Positions 8,751 to 18,700 of a stretch of DNA of 32,735 nucleotides are shown piece by piece. This DNA comes from a virus. The notes below the pieces were generated by a model. That model searched no databases. It was not told where the DNA came from and saw only the letters and a program-made list of their open reading frames with translations. The stretch covers positions 1 through 32,735 of IMG/VR virus record IMGVR_UViG_2757320713_000001; one strand, given 5' to 3'. Every line of letters starts with the position of its first letter. Within the stretch, counting starts at the first letter, position 1. The translations under genes and the position numbers were made by a program.

Positions 8751-9155
8751 ATGGCAAAAGGAAGAACACCAAGATCATATAGTCAAAGATATGCAAAATG
8801 GTCAGCTAAATTTGCATCATTTTCAAATCCTACCGTAGCATCTACTATATTATCAAATGTTTCGCCAGTTGCACAACAAAATTTCCAAACTCATGTTCCA
8901 AAATTTACTAGCGTAAATGAACAAGTTTCCAGCGTATTGTCAGAATATGGAATTACTGGTCCTAACAGAGCCATTTACCAAGGCTTTGGTTTGAAGGTAG
9001 CTAGAGCTTTAAATAGACTTGGCGGTGGACCGGCGTTAGTAAATATGATCAACGGTTTGAAAGCTTATTATATTTCAGCATTTAATGCTAATCCAACTGT
9101 TTTGGATGCAGTCACCAACATTATAACTGGTTCACCAACTGGTTATGTAAGCTAA
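8751..9155 (+). CDS. mcp: Major capsid protein (134 aa)
   Basis: MAKGRTPRSYSQRYAKWSAKF..GITGPNRAIYQGFGLKVARALNR is the rudiviral MCP. Confidence 0.98.
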   Translation: MAKGRTPRSYSQRYAKWSAKFASFSNPTVASTILSNVSPVAQQNFQTHVPKFTSVNEQVSSVLSEYGITGPNRAIYQGFGLKVARALNRLGGGPALVNMINGLKAYYISAFNANPTVLDAVTNIITGSPTGYVS

Positions 9156-9266
9156 AAAATTATAGAATATCTTTTAAGCTATTTTATTTTTTTATTTTTT
9201 CTTTTTCAGAACTTTAGTTCAAATTTAAAATTTAAAAAAATTTGTTTTTAACTTTTTAACTTGAAA
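9156..9266. terminator. T-rich terminator region between convergent genes
   Basis: TTTTATTTTTTTATTTTTCTTTTT after the mcp stop; A-tract on the opposite strand. Confidence 0.55.
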
Positions 9267-9437
9267 TTAATCATTATCATCAATTTCTGTTTCTATATAC
9301 TCATAATTTGTTTTACTTATTCTTTTACAATCACTAATTTTTACACCGGGATGATGTTTTTTCAAATGTGTAATCATAGCTTTTCTAGTTCTCGTTAAAT
9401 GTTGACAAATTGGACACTCAAATAAAAAGATACCCAT
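9267..9437 (-). CDS. 56-aa C2H2 zinc-finger protein
   Basis: FECPICQHLTRTRKAMITHLKKHH; ATG 9437 preferred over the track extension that overlaps the GT gene. Confidence 0.85.
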   Translation of the reverse strand: MGIFLFECPICQHLTRTRKAMITHLKKHHPGVKISDCKRISKTNYEYIETEIDDND

Positions 9438-9473
9438 GATATTTTTTAGTGTCATGACAAATAAAAAATTCAC

Positions 9474-10505
9474 ATGGAAGTGTCGAACACAGTTCGCCAC
9501 AAAACCGTAATTTTAACCATGAATTACTCATCTATTCGTAATGTGAGTGAAGATATTGCACAAGTTTTACGAAAAAATGGAGAAATTGTAACAATTTCAA
9601 CAAATCCATATTTAATTCCACAATCTGATAAATTAATAATTTTTATGCCTTTCCATCCACCATCTCTAAATCCATATTTGTATGCATTTAGAGAATTTAA
9701 AGGTAAGAAGTATTTTTATACAACTTGTGATGGTTTACCTAATACAAATATTGTAAATCAATATCTATTAGAAAATATAATATTTATTCCAAATTCAAAG
9801 TTTACAGCTCAAAATCTTCAAGAAGTTGGTCTTCAAACTGATCTTCCAGTTTTCCATGGTATAAATTTTGAAATTGTAGAAAAAGCTGAAAAATTATCCC
9901 AACAATTAAAACAAAAATTAGACAAAGATTTTCCAAATACAATAAAATTCGGAATTGTTAGTGGTTTAACTAAGAGAAAAAACATGGATTTAATGTTAAA
10001 AGTTTTCCAGGAGATAAATACTAAAATTCCAGAATTAGCCAAAAAAGTTCACTTCTTTGTAATTTCGCATAAAGACTTTAAAAATTATGAAGTTCCAGCA
10101 AATGTGCATTTTGTTGCTGAATTTGGACTAAATCCAAGAGAATATATTTATGCATTTTACAAAGTTATGGATTTTGTAATTGTTCCTTCTGGAACTGAGG
10201 GCTTTGGACTTCCAGTTTTAGAAAGCATGGCTATGGGTACTCCAGTAATTCATCAATTAATGCCACCATTTGATGAATTTACCTCATGGCAGTGGAACCT
10301 TTTGATTAAATCTAATGAAGTTGAAGAATATTATGATAAAACGCATGGACAGAAATGGAAAATTCATAAATTTGATATTCATGACATGATAAATGCAATA
10401 TTGATAGCTTCAGAATTGAAAGATAGAGAAGAAAGAAGTAGAAATCTAAAAGAATTAGCTAAGAGATATAATATAGAAAATTTATATGTCAGATTTTTAG
10501 AGTGA
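9474..10505 (+). CDS. GT-B (GT4-like) glycosyltransferase, SIRV ORF335-like
   Basis: PSGTEGFGLPVLESMAMGTPVI motif. Confidence 0.95.
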   Translation: MEVSNTVRHKTVILTMNYSSIRNVSEDIAQVLRKNGEIVTISTNPYLIPQSDKLIIFMPFHPPSLNPYLYAFREFKGKKYFYTTCDGLPNTNIVNQYLLENIIFIPNSKFTAQNLQEVGLQTDLPVFHGINFEIVEKAEKLSQQLKQKLDKDFPNTIKFGIVSGLTKRKNMDLMLKVFQEINTKIPELAKKVHFFVISHKDFKNYEVPANVHFVAEFGLNPREYIYAFYKVMDFVIVPSGTEGFGLPVLESMAMGTPVIHQLMPPFDEFTSWQWNLLIKSNEVEEYYDKTHGQKWKIHKFDIHDMINAILIASELKDREERSRNLKELAKRYNIENLYVRFLE

Positions 10506-10568
10506 CTTCAAGAGCTGGTTAATCGAAAAATTTATATGTTTTGAATGACATATAATTATAGTGAGACT

Positions 10569-10694
10569 ATGGAGGAAGTAATAATTGAATGTAAAAATTT
10601 CACAAAGTTTCATGTAAAGAAAAAGAAAGGTGTACAAATTAAAAATATCATACAAATGTGTCAAGATTTCGGATTAGAAATTAAGGTGTATTAA
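10569..10694 (+). CDS. 41-aa small basic protein (missed by track)
   Basis: MEEVIIECKNFTKFHVKKKKGVQIKNIIQMCQDFGLEIKVY; GTGA SD, TTTATAT upstream, 3 bp before the next ATG. Confidence 0.6.
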   Translation: MEEVIIECKNFTKFHVKKKKGVQIKNIIQMCQDFGLEIKVY

Positions 10695-10697
10695 AAA

Positions 10698-10997
10698 ATG
10701 CCAAAATATTATTATTGTTATATTTGCAAAACTACACTTATTGGAAAAAAAGAATTCAAAAAACATGCACAAAAACATTTTCATAATGAAAGATGTCCAT
10801 ATTGCAATATGAAAACAAAAAGATTGTCAATTCATTTAGCATATTATCATTTACAATTTAGAAGAAAAGCAGTCTTATTAAGGGATTTAGCAATATTAGC
10901 AAAGGAATACGGTAATATAAACTTTCTTTACGACAAAGATTTAAAAATTGACAATTACATCAAATTTCATATAAAAAGAATGATGAATAAGTTATAA
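10698..10997 (+). CDS. 99-aa protein with two C2H2 zinc fingers
   Basis: CYIC-x12-HAQKH and CPYC-x9-HLAYYH. Confidence 0.85.
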   Translation: MPKYYYCYICKTTLIGKKEFKKHAQKHFHNERCPYCNMKTKRLSIHLAYYHLQFRRKAVLLRDLAILAKEYGNINFLYDKDLKIDNYIKFHIKRMMNKL

Positions 10998-11021
10998 TTC
11001 TTTTTTTAGTTTGTATTTTTT

Positions 11022-11219
11022 TCACTTCTTGTTTTCTGAGTTTTTGTTTAATAAAACTGCTATATCTTTGCTTATTTCTTCAGATATATTTTTAATTATT
11101 TCTAAAGCTTCTAATATTTCATCTTCTTTAAGATCTTCATTTTCACTAATTTCATCAATTAGACCAAGTTGTAATTGTAATAGAACCTCAAATTTTATTA
11201 AATCTATCTTTTTTACCAT
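11022..11219 (-). CDS. 65-aa acidic hypothetical protein, rudiviral core-like
   Basis: ORF with TTTGTCATAT upstream; synteny with SIRV ORF64. Confidence 0.7.
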   Translation of the reverse strand: MVKKIDLIKFEVLLQLQLGLIDEISENEDLKEDEILEALEIIKNISEEISKDIAVLLNKNSENKK

Positions 11220-11256
11220 CTTTCCATCTAGATAGAAATTTAAAATATGACAAATA

Positions 11257-11484
11257 TCAAGTTTTACCTAGTTTTATTTTTATTTCTTCAATTTGTTTTT
11301 TTAATTCATTCTGATTTATCTTCAATTCTTCAATTTCTATTTTTAAATTTTGTAGTTCTGAATTAACTATTTCTTTAACTGCGTCTCTTAATGCATTCTT
11401 AATTTTTAAATAAAGTTGGACAATTGCGAATAGAGTAGTTACAAATGTTGAAATAATTGTTAAAATAAGAGTTATTTCATTCAT
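11257..11484 (-). CDS. 75-aa TM plus coiled-coil protein
   Basis: N-terminal hydrophobic helix, heptad C-terminus; overlaps the upstream gene by 8 bp. Confidence 0.75.
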   Translation of the reverse strand: MNEITLILTIISTFVTTLFAIVQLYLKIKNALRDAVKEIVNSELQNLKIEIEELKINQNELKKQIEEIKIKLGKT

Positions 11485-11845
11485 CTTTTATTCCCTCTAA
11501 TTGATCTTCTAAATTATCTAAATTTAAATTCTCATCTTCTTTAAATTTTTGGTAAACAGAATCTACTTGTTTCGCATAAGGTTGTGGGTAAACTACGCGA
11601 AAATCTGAAATACCAATTCTATTAGTTTCGGGATCTTTAGCAATGAGAAATTGAAAATAGAAAGTAAATCCAGGAATATATAAATCTACAACCATGGGCA
11701 ATTCTGCATTTTTTAAAACTATAATTGAATGAGGTAAATATTTACTAAGGCCATAAATTTGACCTTGAAGTTCTAGTTCTCTAATTTTATCTATCGCGAT
11801 TCTTACAGGACCGAAAATATTCGAAAACTCATCTTTAATTTGCAT
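11477..11845 (-). CDS. 122-aa conserved rudiviral protein, SIRV ORF110-like
   Basis: ORF and synteny. Confidence 0.75.
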   Translation of the reverse strand: MQIKDEFSNIFGPVRIAIDKIRELELQGQIYGLSKYLPHSIIVLKNAELPMVVDLYIPGFTFYFQFLIAKDPETNRIGISDFRVVYPQPYAKQVDSVYQKFKEDENLNLDNLEDQLEGIKDE

Positions 11846-12014
11846 GTTTCTTTATTTCATAAAACAAGAATAAATAAACTCAAAGCAAATTTGCTATATA
11901 CATTATATTATGTATATGCATTTGTTAATGAACGCGTAAAGCATAATTAGATTATGAATTTTGAAAATATTTTAATTTTTATCAATTAAAATTGTTAATA
12001 CTTTTATCTAAATC

Positions 12015-12173
12015 TTAAGTTAATATTTTTAAAATTTTTTTCTTATCAATCTTTTTATCAGTTTTGCAAGGTATATAAAATCCTTCATGTAAATCATACG
12101 GTTCACCATACCATAATTTTTTATTCAAATTACATGGCTCAATATTCCAATCTTTTTTCTTTTTAATTATCAT
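12015..12173 (-). CDS. 52-aa small protein (missed by track)
   Basis: MIIKKKKDWNIEPCNLNKKLWYGEPYDLHEGFYIPCKTDKKIDKKKILKILT; starts 14 bp after the 466-aa gene. Confidence 0.6.
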   Translation of the reverse strand: MIIKKKKDWNIEPCNLNKKLWYGEPYDLHEGFYIPCKTDKKIDKKKILKILT

Positions 12174-12186
12174 GTTTATCAATTCT

Positions 12187-13587
12187 TCATCTTTCAGCTA
12201 TATTTTTAAAGTTTTTGTAATAGAAGATTGGCTTATATTGTTTGGCTTTTGCAGACTTTTGAGCTAACTTAAGCGAATTTTCAACTTTTGCTTGACCTTG
12301 TAATTTCTCCCCAAGTTGTTGAGCAAATTGTAAATCAGTATTTGAAATTCCATAAAATGACCACTTATTCTTCCAATAATTCAAAAATTCATTATAAGGA
12401 AGTGTTCTTTTTCCAGTTGAATAACTATAATTTTGTTGATAAGGATATCTAGCAATTTCCAAAATTGCTGATGCTACCATTTTAGCATACCAAACATTAG
12501 AATATTTCTTATTTACAATTCTTTGGACTTGTAGAAATTGCTCATATGAAACTGCATAATTCTCAATTTCTGCAGAATATGTTATGTTTATTCCTCCTGG
12601 TGAAGGATCATAAAGATGCAATTTAAACAAACTTCCAAATATTGAAATTACAGTTTTATCAGCTGTTAAAATTGTTACTAAATCTAATTGTGTAACATTA
12701 TTAGGATTAAATTCAGGAATTAGCATAGCAAAATCTAATGGTGTATAATCCAATATCATTCCAAAAACATCAGCAAAATTTTGTAAAATCATATTATTCT
12801 CAAGTTGAACTTTATAAGTTGGAGAATTTTCAATTTCTGGAGCTAAAACACATCTATCGAGCCAACCAACATCTAACGCAAAACCACTATTAATTATATC
12901 ATTCAAATTTGGTATAAATGAAACTACAAATTTAGCTAAATCTGGAAGTTGATTAAAATTGAGATTTAAAGCATTTAACAAATCACCAACTCCAGTATTT
13001 TGAATATTATTAAGTGAATAATTATCAACATTTGGAATTTGAGTATTTCCAACTCCCAAAGTTGGAAGATCAATAGATATATTTGAAGCTGATAAACTAT
13101 TAAAATATTGTTCTATTTTTTCACATGCTTGGTTTCTATTTATAATTGTATTCGCTGACTGGAAAACACTTAAATCAAAATATGTCTCATCAAAAACTGC
13201 AGGCTGATATAAAATTGAACAAAGATTTACATAATTATCATAAAGTTGTGTAGATTTGTTTATAAAATCAAGACCAGAAGTTTGACCATAAATTCCACTT
13301 TGACCTAATTGTAGAAAACTAAATGAATTTGTATTTGGATTAAATATTGACATTGCTAAATTGTTTAATGCGGAAAGTAAAGATGAAATAATTGTAGCAT
13401 ATGCAATTCCATAATTAGTATTTATACCTGGAGGAATTTGAATATTTTCAAGTGGAGTTGGCAAAACTGAGGAAACTCCAGCGTTAAACATTTGCGAAAA
13501 AGCGGGAAAAGTATTTCTATTCAATACTTTTTGATAAAGATGATACTTCATAGATGCGATATTTCTATTACCTACTCTTCTTCCCAT
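12187..13587 (-). CDS. Minor virion protein, SIRV2 P488-like
   Basis: 466 aa, N-terminus MGRRVGNRNIASMKYHLYQK; synteny. Confidence 0.85.
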   Translation of the reverse strand: MGRRVGNRNIASMKYHLYQKVLNRNTFPAFSQMFNAGVSSVLPTPLENIQIPPGINTNYGIAYATIISSLLSALNNLAMSIFNPNTNSFSFLQLGQSGIYGQTSGLDFINKSTQLYDNYVNLCSILYQPAVFDETYFDLSVFQSANTIINRNQACEKIEQYFNSLSASNISIDLPTLGVGNTQIPNVDNYSLNNIQNTGVGDLLNALNLNFNQLPDLAKFVVSFIPNLNDIINSGFALDVGWLDRCVLAPEIENSPTYKVQLENNMILQNFADVFGMILDYTPLDFAMLIPEFNPNNVTQLDLVTILTADKTVISIFGSLFKLHLYDPSPGGINITYSAEIENYAVSYEQFLQVQRIVNKKYSNVWYAKMVASAILEIARYPYQQNYSYSTGKRTLPYNEFLNYWKNKWSFYGISNTDLQFAQQLGEKLQGQAKVENSLKLAQKSAKAKQYKPIFYYKNFKNIAER

Positions 13588-13721
13588 AATTATTATATCT
13601 GTAAATGTAGAAAATAAAACTTAATTCTAATACATAATATAATGTATATCAGTTTTACTCTTTGATCTCATCATATTCAATTCATAAAATATATATTTGT
13701 CATAATTTGAGTTACGAATGT

Positions 13722-14183
13722 ATGCAATTACAATTTAGAATAGAAGAAGCAAAAGATAAAGAATTAATAAAATTTGTAAGAATGTTGATAGATTATTATC
13801 ATTCTCAAGGAATGCCTTTGGGAGGCGGTGCTGGAAAAAATAGCAGATATTTTATGTATATTGCTAACGACAGTGAGCAAGATTTTATTGTAGCAGTAGC
13901 ATGGTTACACGATAATACGCCTTTTCGTTACATAGCTCAGGATTATAAAATTCCAAATGACAGAAGTTATTTTATTAGAAGAATTACTAAAACAGCTCCA
14001 GGAGATTATGACGTTAGTTTTCTAATTGATTTAGCTAAAAAGTTAAAAAATGATGGAGTTGAAGTATTATGGACACTAGGATTTCCAGAACACTCTAATA
14101 CTTTATTCAAGAAAGCTGGATTTGTTGAAGTTGGGAAAACAAATAGAACTGGACATCCAATTTTCGTGAAGTGGTTAAAATGA
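13722..14183 (+). CDS. GNAT-like acetyltransferase (153 aa)
   Basis: HSNTLFKKAGFVEVG motif; the track's TTG extension covers the ATATTTGTCATA promoter, so ATG 13722 is preferred. Confidence 0.8.
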   Translation: MQLQFRIEEAKDKELIKFVRMLIDYYHSQGMPLGGGAGKNSRYFMYIANDSEQDFIVAVAWLHDNTPFRYIAQDYKIPNDRSYFIRRITKTAPGDYDVSFLIDLAKKLKNDGVEVLWTLGFPEHSNTLFKKAGFVEVGKTNRTGHPIFVKWLK

Positions 14184-14488
14184 CAATTGTTGTAATTATA
14201 GATAAAGAAGTTGAAAATTTGGAATGTATAAAAGAAGGAGGTAGAGATTTATATGATGATTTTATAGGCGTTTTGTCAGATTATGAAATTGTAAATGAAT
14301 ATGCTGTTAATGTAAGTGATGAAACATGGGGAAAAATAAGAGATGATTCTATAAAAAGATTATTTTTAGATGAAAGTGATGAACAAAGTTCATCACAAAA
14401 TGAATTTAAATATTATTTAAAAAACGCTAACTATGTATTTGTTTACAAGGACGGAAAATATAAATTATGTTTACCAATAAATGATTAA
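14180..14488 (+). CDS. 102-aa acidic hypothetical protein
   Basis: ATGA overlap with the GNAT stop. Confidence 0.75.
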   Translation: MTIVVIIDKEVENLECIKEGGRDLYDDFIGVLSDYEIVNEYAVNVSDETWGKIRDDSIKRLFLDESDEQSSSQNEFKYYLKNANYVFVYKDGKYKLCLPIND

Positions 14489-14498
14489 AATAAAAAAA

Positions 14499-14780
14499 TT
14501 ATAACTTATGTTTTTTAATCTTATTTGCTATATATACTGATTCGATAATTGAAAGAAGTGTTTCAAGTTGAACATCATCTTCTATGAGCATTCCAAAAAA
14601 ATAACCAAAGAAAATAATTAAAGAATCCATACTTATTTTTTCATCTTTATAACTTTCTAGTATATCGTAAAAAGCGTACTCTAAATAGCTTACTTGTTTT
14701 TCTATAATTTTAAGTGAATTTTCATCTGGATGAAAAGTTTCTTTAAAAACTTCTATTATTTTTTCTAAGCCTTTGTCCAT
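14499..14780 (-). CDS. 93-aa hypothetical protein
   Basis: Own TTTAAATTTGTCATA promoter, divergent from the resolvase. Confidence 0.7.
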   Translation of the reverse strand: MDKGLEKIIEVFKETFHPDENSLKIIEKQVSYLEYAFYDILESYKDEKISMDSLIIFFGYFFGMLIEDDVQLETLLSIIESVYIANKIKKHKL

Positions 14781-14852
14781 ACTTATCTATATAAAAATTT
14801 TCATTATGACAAATTTAAACATATATATGTCATAGTTTTAAAATTTTAGCTG

Positions 14853-15236
14853 ATGAATTTTAGACAATCTGGAAAATATTATGAATATAAAACTGTTGAA
14901 TTTCTTGAAAAAAATGGCTATAAAGCTATAAGAATTCCAGTTTCTGGAACTGGAAAACAGCCAATTCCAGATATTATAGCAATTAAGGATAATACAATTT
15001 TTCCAATTGAAGTTAAATCAACTTCACAAAATTATGTTGTAGTTGATAATTTTCAAATTGATAAATTGTTTAAGTTCTGTGAGATATTCAATTTTTGTAA
15101 TTGTAAACCGTTAATACTAGTTCATTATAAAAAATATAAAAATGTCATAATATATAATTTGAAGCAAGATGTCAGAGAAAAAAGTAAAATCAAATTTGAA
15201 TACAGAAATAACAGCAAAACTGTATTTAGCACTTGA
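14853..15236 (+). CDS. hjr: Hjc-family Holliday junction resolvase
   Basis: GKYYEYK..LEKNGY..RIPVSG..PDIIAIK..PIEVKS PD-(D/E)xK motifs. Confidence 0.96.
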   Translation: MNFRQSGKYYEYKTVEFLEKNGYKAIRIPVSGTGKQPIPDIIAIKDNTIFPIEVKSTSQNYVVVDNFQIDKLFKFCEIFNFCNCKPLILVHYKKYKNVIIYNLKQDVREKSKIKFEYRNNSKTVFST

Positions 15237-15378
15237 CGACTTAACATTAGCATTAGCTACTTGCGATGATGAAAATATTAGAAAGAGTGAAGTTTTTCAA
15301 AAAGCTCTAGAAGTTGTAAAAATTGTCAAAGAAATGAGAAAAATGCAAGTAAAACCGCCAGATGAAGAAAAATCCTAA
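15169..15378 (+). CDS. 69-aa conserved protein overlapping the hjr 3' end
   Basis: ORF; synteny with SIRV ORF69. Confidence 0.7.
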   Translation: MSEKKVKSNLNTEITAKLYLALDDLTLALATCDDENIRKSEVFQKALEVVKIVKEMRKMQVKPPDEEKS

Positions 15379-15400
15379 ATTTCAATTTTTTTCAAGTTTA

Positions 15401-15426
15401 AGAGATATCAAGTTTGATATAACTCT
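15401..15426 (+). terminator. Stem-loop AGAG-ATATCA-agtt-TGATAT-aa-CTCT followed by T-tracts
   Basis: Complementary arms seen directly; function inferred. Confidence 0.35.
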
Positions 15427-15584
15427 TTTCATCTAAAATTTTTTTCTTTATAAATCTCGTTACACTCTTTCTTTGCGTAAAATTACGTTAAGAAAAATAA
15501 AAATCTCGAGAGATAAGAGTTTAAAAAGATTTCTTGTAAATTTACGACTTTAGTTTATATACTCATCATTACAATTTGTTACGC

Positions 15585-15650
15585 AGTCAGCGAAATAAAA
15601 GATCATTAGATGAATTGAAAGTACGTGCTTGATTTCAAATTTCAATTTTT
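15585..15650 (+). ncRNA. Candidate ~65-nt small RNA in a long intergenic region
   Basis: TTTATATA at 15554-15561, a locally GC-richer ORF-free segment, then TTCAATTTTT. Confidence 0.25.
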
Positions 15651-15792
15651 CATATCATAAAAAAATCGAAAAGTAAAAAAGGTTTTACTTCTTCAGTTGA
15701 AAACTTCAAAAAAAGAAAGAAGATTTTTACATAAAACAATTTTTACTTTTACAACAACATTTATAATTTTATAATATACACATGATAATAAT

Positions 15793-18700
15793 ATGAGTTT
15801 CTTATTAAATCTTGGAGATTTAGGTACATTTTTTTCAGATGAGCTAACAGCATTAGAGAATTTTGCAAATTTCTTAAGCTCTGATTTTATAAACTTTTTT
15901 AGTGCAGTAGTTAATGATATTGAAAATGTTGTAAGTTTCTTAGGTCAAGCAATTAGTGATATTCCAACTTTTATGCAAAAAATTGCTAACAATTTCTTGA
16001 CGATTTTGCAAAACTTTGTACAAACTGCAATTCCAGTAGTTTCAGGATTTTTAACATTTCTTGAACAACAAATTATAAATGTATTTCAAGATTTGTCTTC
16101 TTTAGCTTCTACATTTATTAATGATGCATATTCATTTTTACAAGGTGTTGTAAATGCATTTGCAAATTTAATAAGTACAATAGTTCAAGATTTTCTAAAT
16201 AATTTTGGTCAAAATATGAAACATATTAGTTCTGCAATTTCTCAAGTTACTCAATTTTTAACTCCATTTATCGCTCCAGTCACTTTAGGAAAATTTTTGC
16301 CAGCAATAATAGATAAATTAGCTGAAATTTTGCCAGAAGTTGAAATTGATTTAGCGCCAGTTGGCTTAGGCGGAAAAATTCCAATTAACTTTGGAGAAAT
16401 TGTAAAAGCGTTTGCTGAAACTTCAGTTGACTTTTTAAATGAAGTTAGACAAGAAATACAAACTACGCTTAAGGAGTTTATAAAAGAGCCATTTATTTCA
16501 GATTTTAAAATTACTGCGAGAGAAATATTTAATGAAATTGGTCTTGGTGATTTACCATTTGCTGACCCACCATTTACACAAATAGCGAAATGGGTTGGCT
16601 CAAGATCATTTTCTGAAATAAAAGATCATTTAAGAGAAACAATTTATTTAACTGGATTTCCAGCATGGTTTACTGATGCTTATCTAGAATCTCCAGTTGA
16701 TGATTTTATTCCAAGAAATCCGTTATTTAGACCAGTAAATATAAGAGATGTAATTTTAGCTTCCCAATATGGAATTTTAGATTTTAGTGCAGTTTCGCAA
16801 TATGCAGAAAATAATTTGATAACTCCAAAAACTGCAAAATTAATGTATCAAAATGAGACTGCTAGACTTTTACAAAGAGCAGTTGAAGAAGGAATTAGAC
16901 AATTTATAGTTTCTCCAGAAAAAGCTTATCAAGAAATAATACAAAATGTAAATTTAGCTGGAAAGGATCTATTTTTAAAAGTTTTCTCTTTGGAGTATAA
17001 TTATGCAGTTCAAAGAATCGTAAGACAATTTTTAAGATCACTTTTGTCGAGAGCTTTAACGAATTTTGGAAGACCTTACATAGATTTAAAATTCCTAGAA
17101 TCTACAGTTCAAAAATTATTTAAAGAACTAAATTATCCTGAAGAAGTTCAAAATGTTTTCAACATAATGATTGAACAATCTCAAATTGTATACACTAATC
17201 AACTTTTATTATCACAACTAGAACAAATTACTAAGCTAGGAATATTTGACGAAAAGAAAGTAAAAGCAGAATTGAAAGCTAATAACTTTAATGAGCAAAT
17301 TGCACTTACAATTTTACAATATGAACTCCAATATGTACAATTACAATATATTCTTAAAGAACTTCAATTTAAACTACAAAATTATATTATTAGCACAAAA
17401 GACGCAGAAAATCAATTAAAGAAATTAGGCTTTGATTCATCTATAATTTCTGAGATAATTTTTGAATATCAAACAGCTCCATTAACAAAATATCAAATTA
17501 GCCAAATTGAAAGTTTGGCTAGAAAAGGATATTTATCAGTTGATGAAATTAAAAAACAATTACATTCATTAGGAGTAATTAAGGAATTTGAAGACATATT
17601 TATCAATTACACAAGTCAAGAAATTCAAATATCAACAACTTTAAGTATTGTAAAAGAACAATTAAGAAACTTCCTAATAGATTCAAAAACTGTAGAAAAT
17701 GAATTAAAAGTGTTGAAAATTAATGATTATTTAATAAATGAGATAATTCAAGAAGAATATAATATAAATATTGCTAAATTACAATTATCATATTTAGAAA
17801 CTTTAGCTAAGAATTTATACTATGATCAAGCTCAATTATCTAATGAATTATCCAAAATTTTGAAAGATAAAACTGCAATAGATCTTTATGTTCAAAGATT
17901 TTATTATGAATATGTATTTCCAAAAATTGTCAATTATTACGTAAGTTTAGCAAGGCATGGGATAATTGGAAATATTAAAAATTTACCAAAAGAAATTGTA
18001 GATTATGAAATTAATCCACAAATCCAAATTTTCCAACTTACAACAGAATTAGAATATATAAAATCTTTACTAAAAGATCTACAAATAACACCAACAAATG
18101 CTGAAAACGAGTTAATAAAATTAGGAATGCAAAAAGATTTAGCTAATTTATTTGTACAAACTTATATTCCGACACTTTATAGTTTACATACTATAATTGG
18201 AAATATTGTAAATGGACAACTCTTTAAAGTCGGAAAAGTACCCGTGAATCTAGGAAATGCTGAATCACAATTAAGACAATTAGGAATTCCTGAAAGTCAA
18301 ATAAAAATATTGTTAGAACAATATGCATCCAGTTTTGGTTTAGAAATTTGGAGAAAATACTTGCCTTCATTAAGTGTGATTGAGACCGCAATAAAGTATA
18401 ATTATCCAGAAAAACAATTAATTGACTATTCATTTATACCTTCTGAATTTCTTAACTTATACTCTAACTTATATCAATATGAACTAATTGGACAATATGT
18501 ACAATCCTTAAAGACTGACTATGTTCAATTATTAGTTTATGGAGTTCAAAATATTCAACTTGAAAGTATAATGAAACAATATGGAATAAATGAAGTGCTA
18601 TTAGGAGTTCTAAAATTATCAGCTCAAATTAAGAAAATATTAACGGCCTACCAAGAGTTATACTTAACACCGTCTAAAGCACTTTCTATAAGTGAATATG

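Noticed and set aside
9474-9518. GT N-terminal extension (RHKTVILTM where orthologues start MKTVILTM)
   Set aside because: Probably a simple start-codon shift; no functional argument.
9833-11235. ORFs 9833..10042(-) and 11011..11235(+)
   Set aside because: Antisense shadows of the GT and 65-aa genes, with typical S/F/I-rich composition.
15563-15608. C/D-box sRNA on the minus strand (CTGA at 15586-15589, ATGATGA at 15563-15569)
   Set aside because: Outer C and D boxes are poor, spacing is atypical, and the best TATA points the other way.
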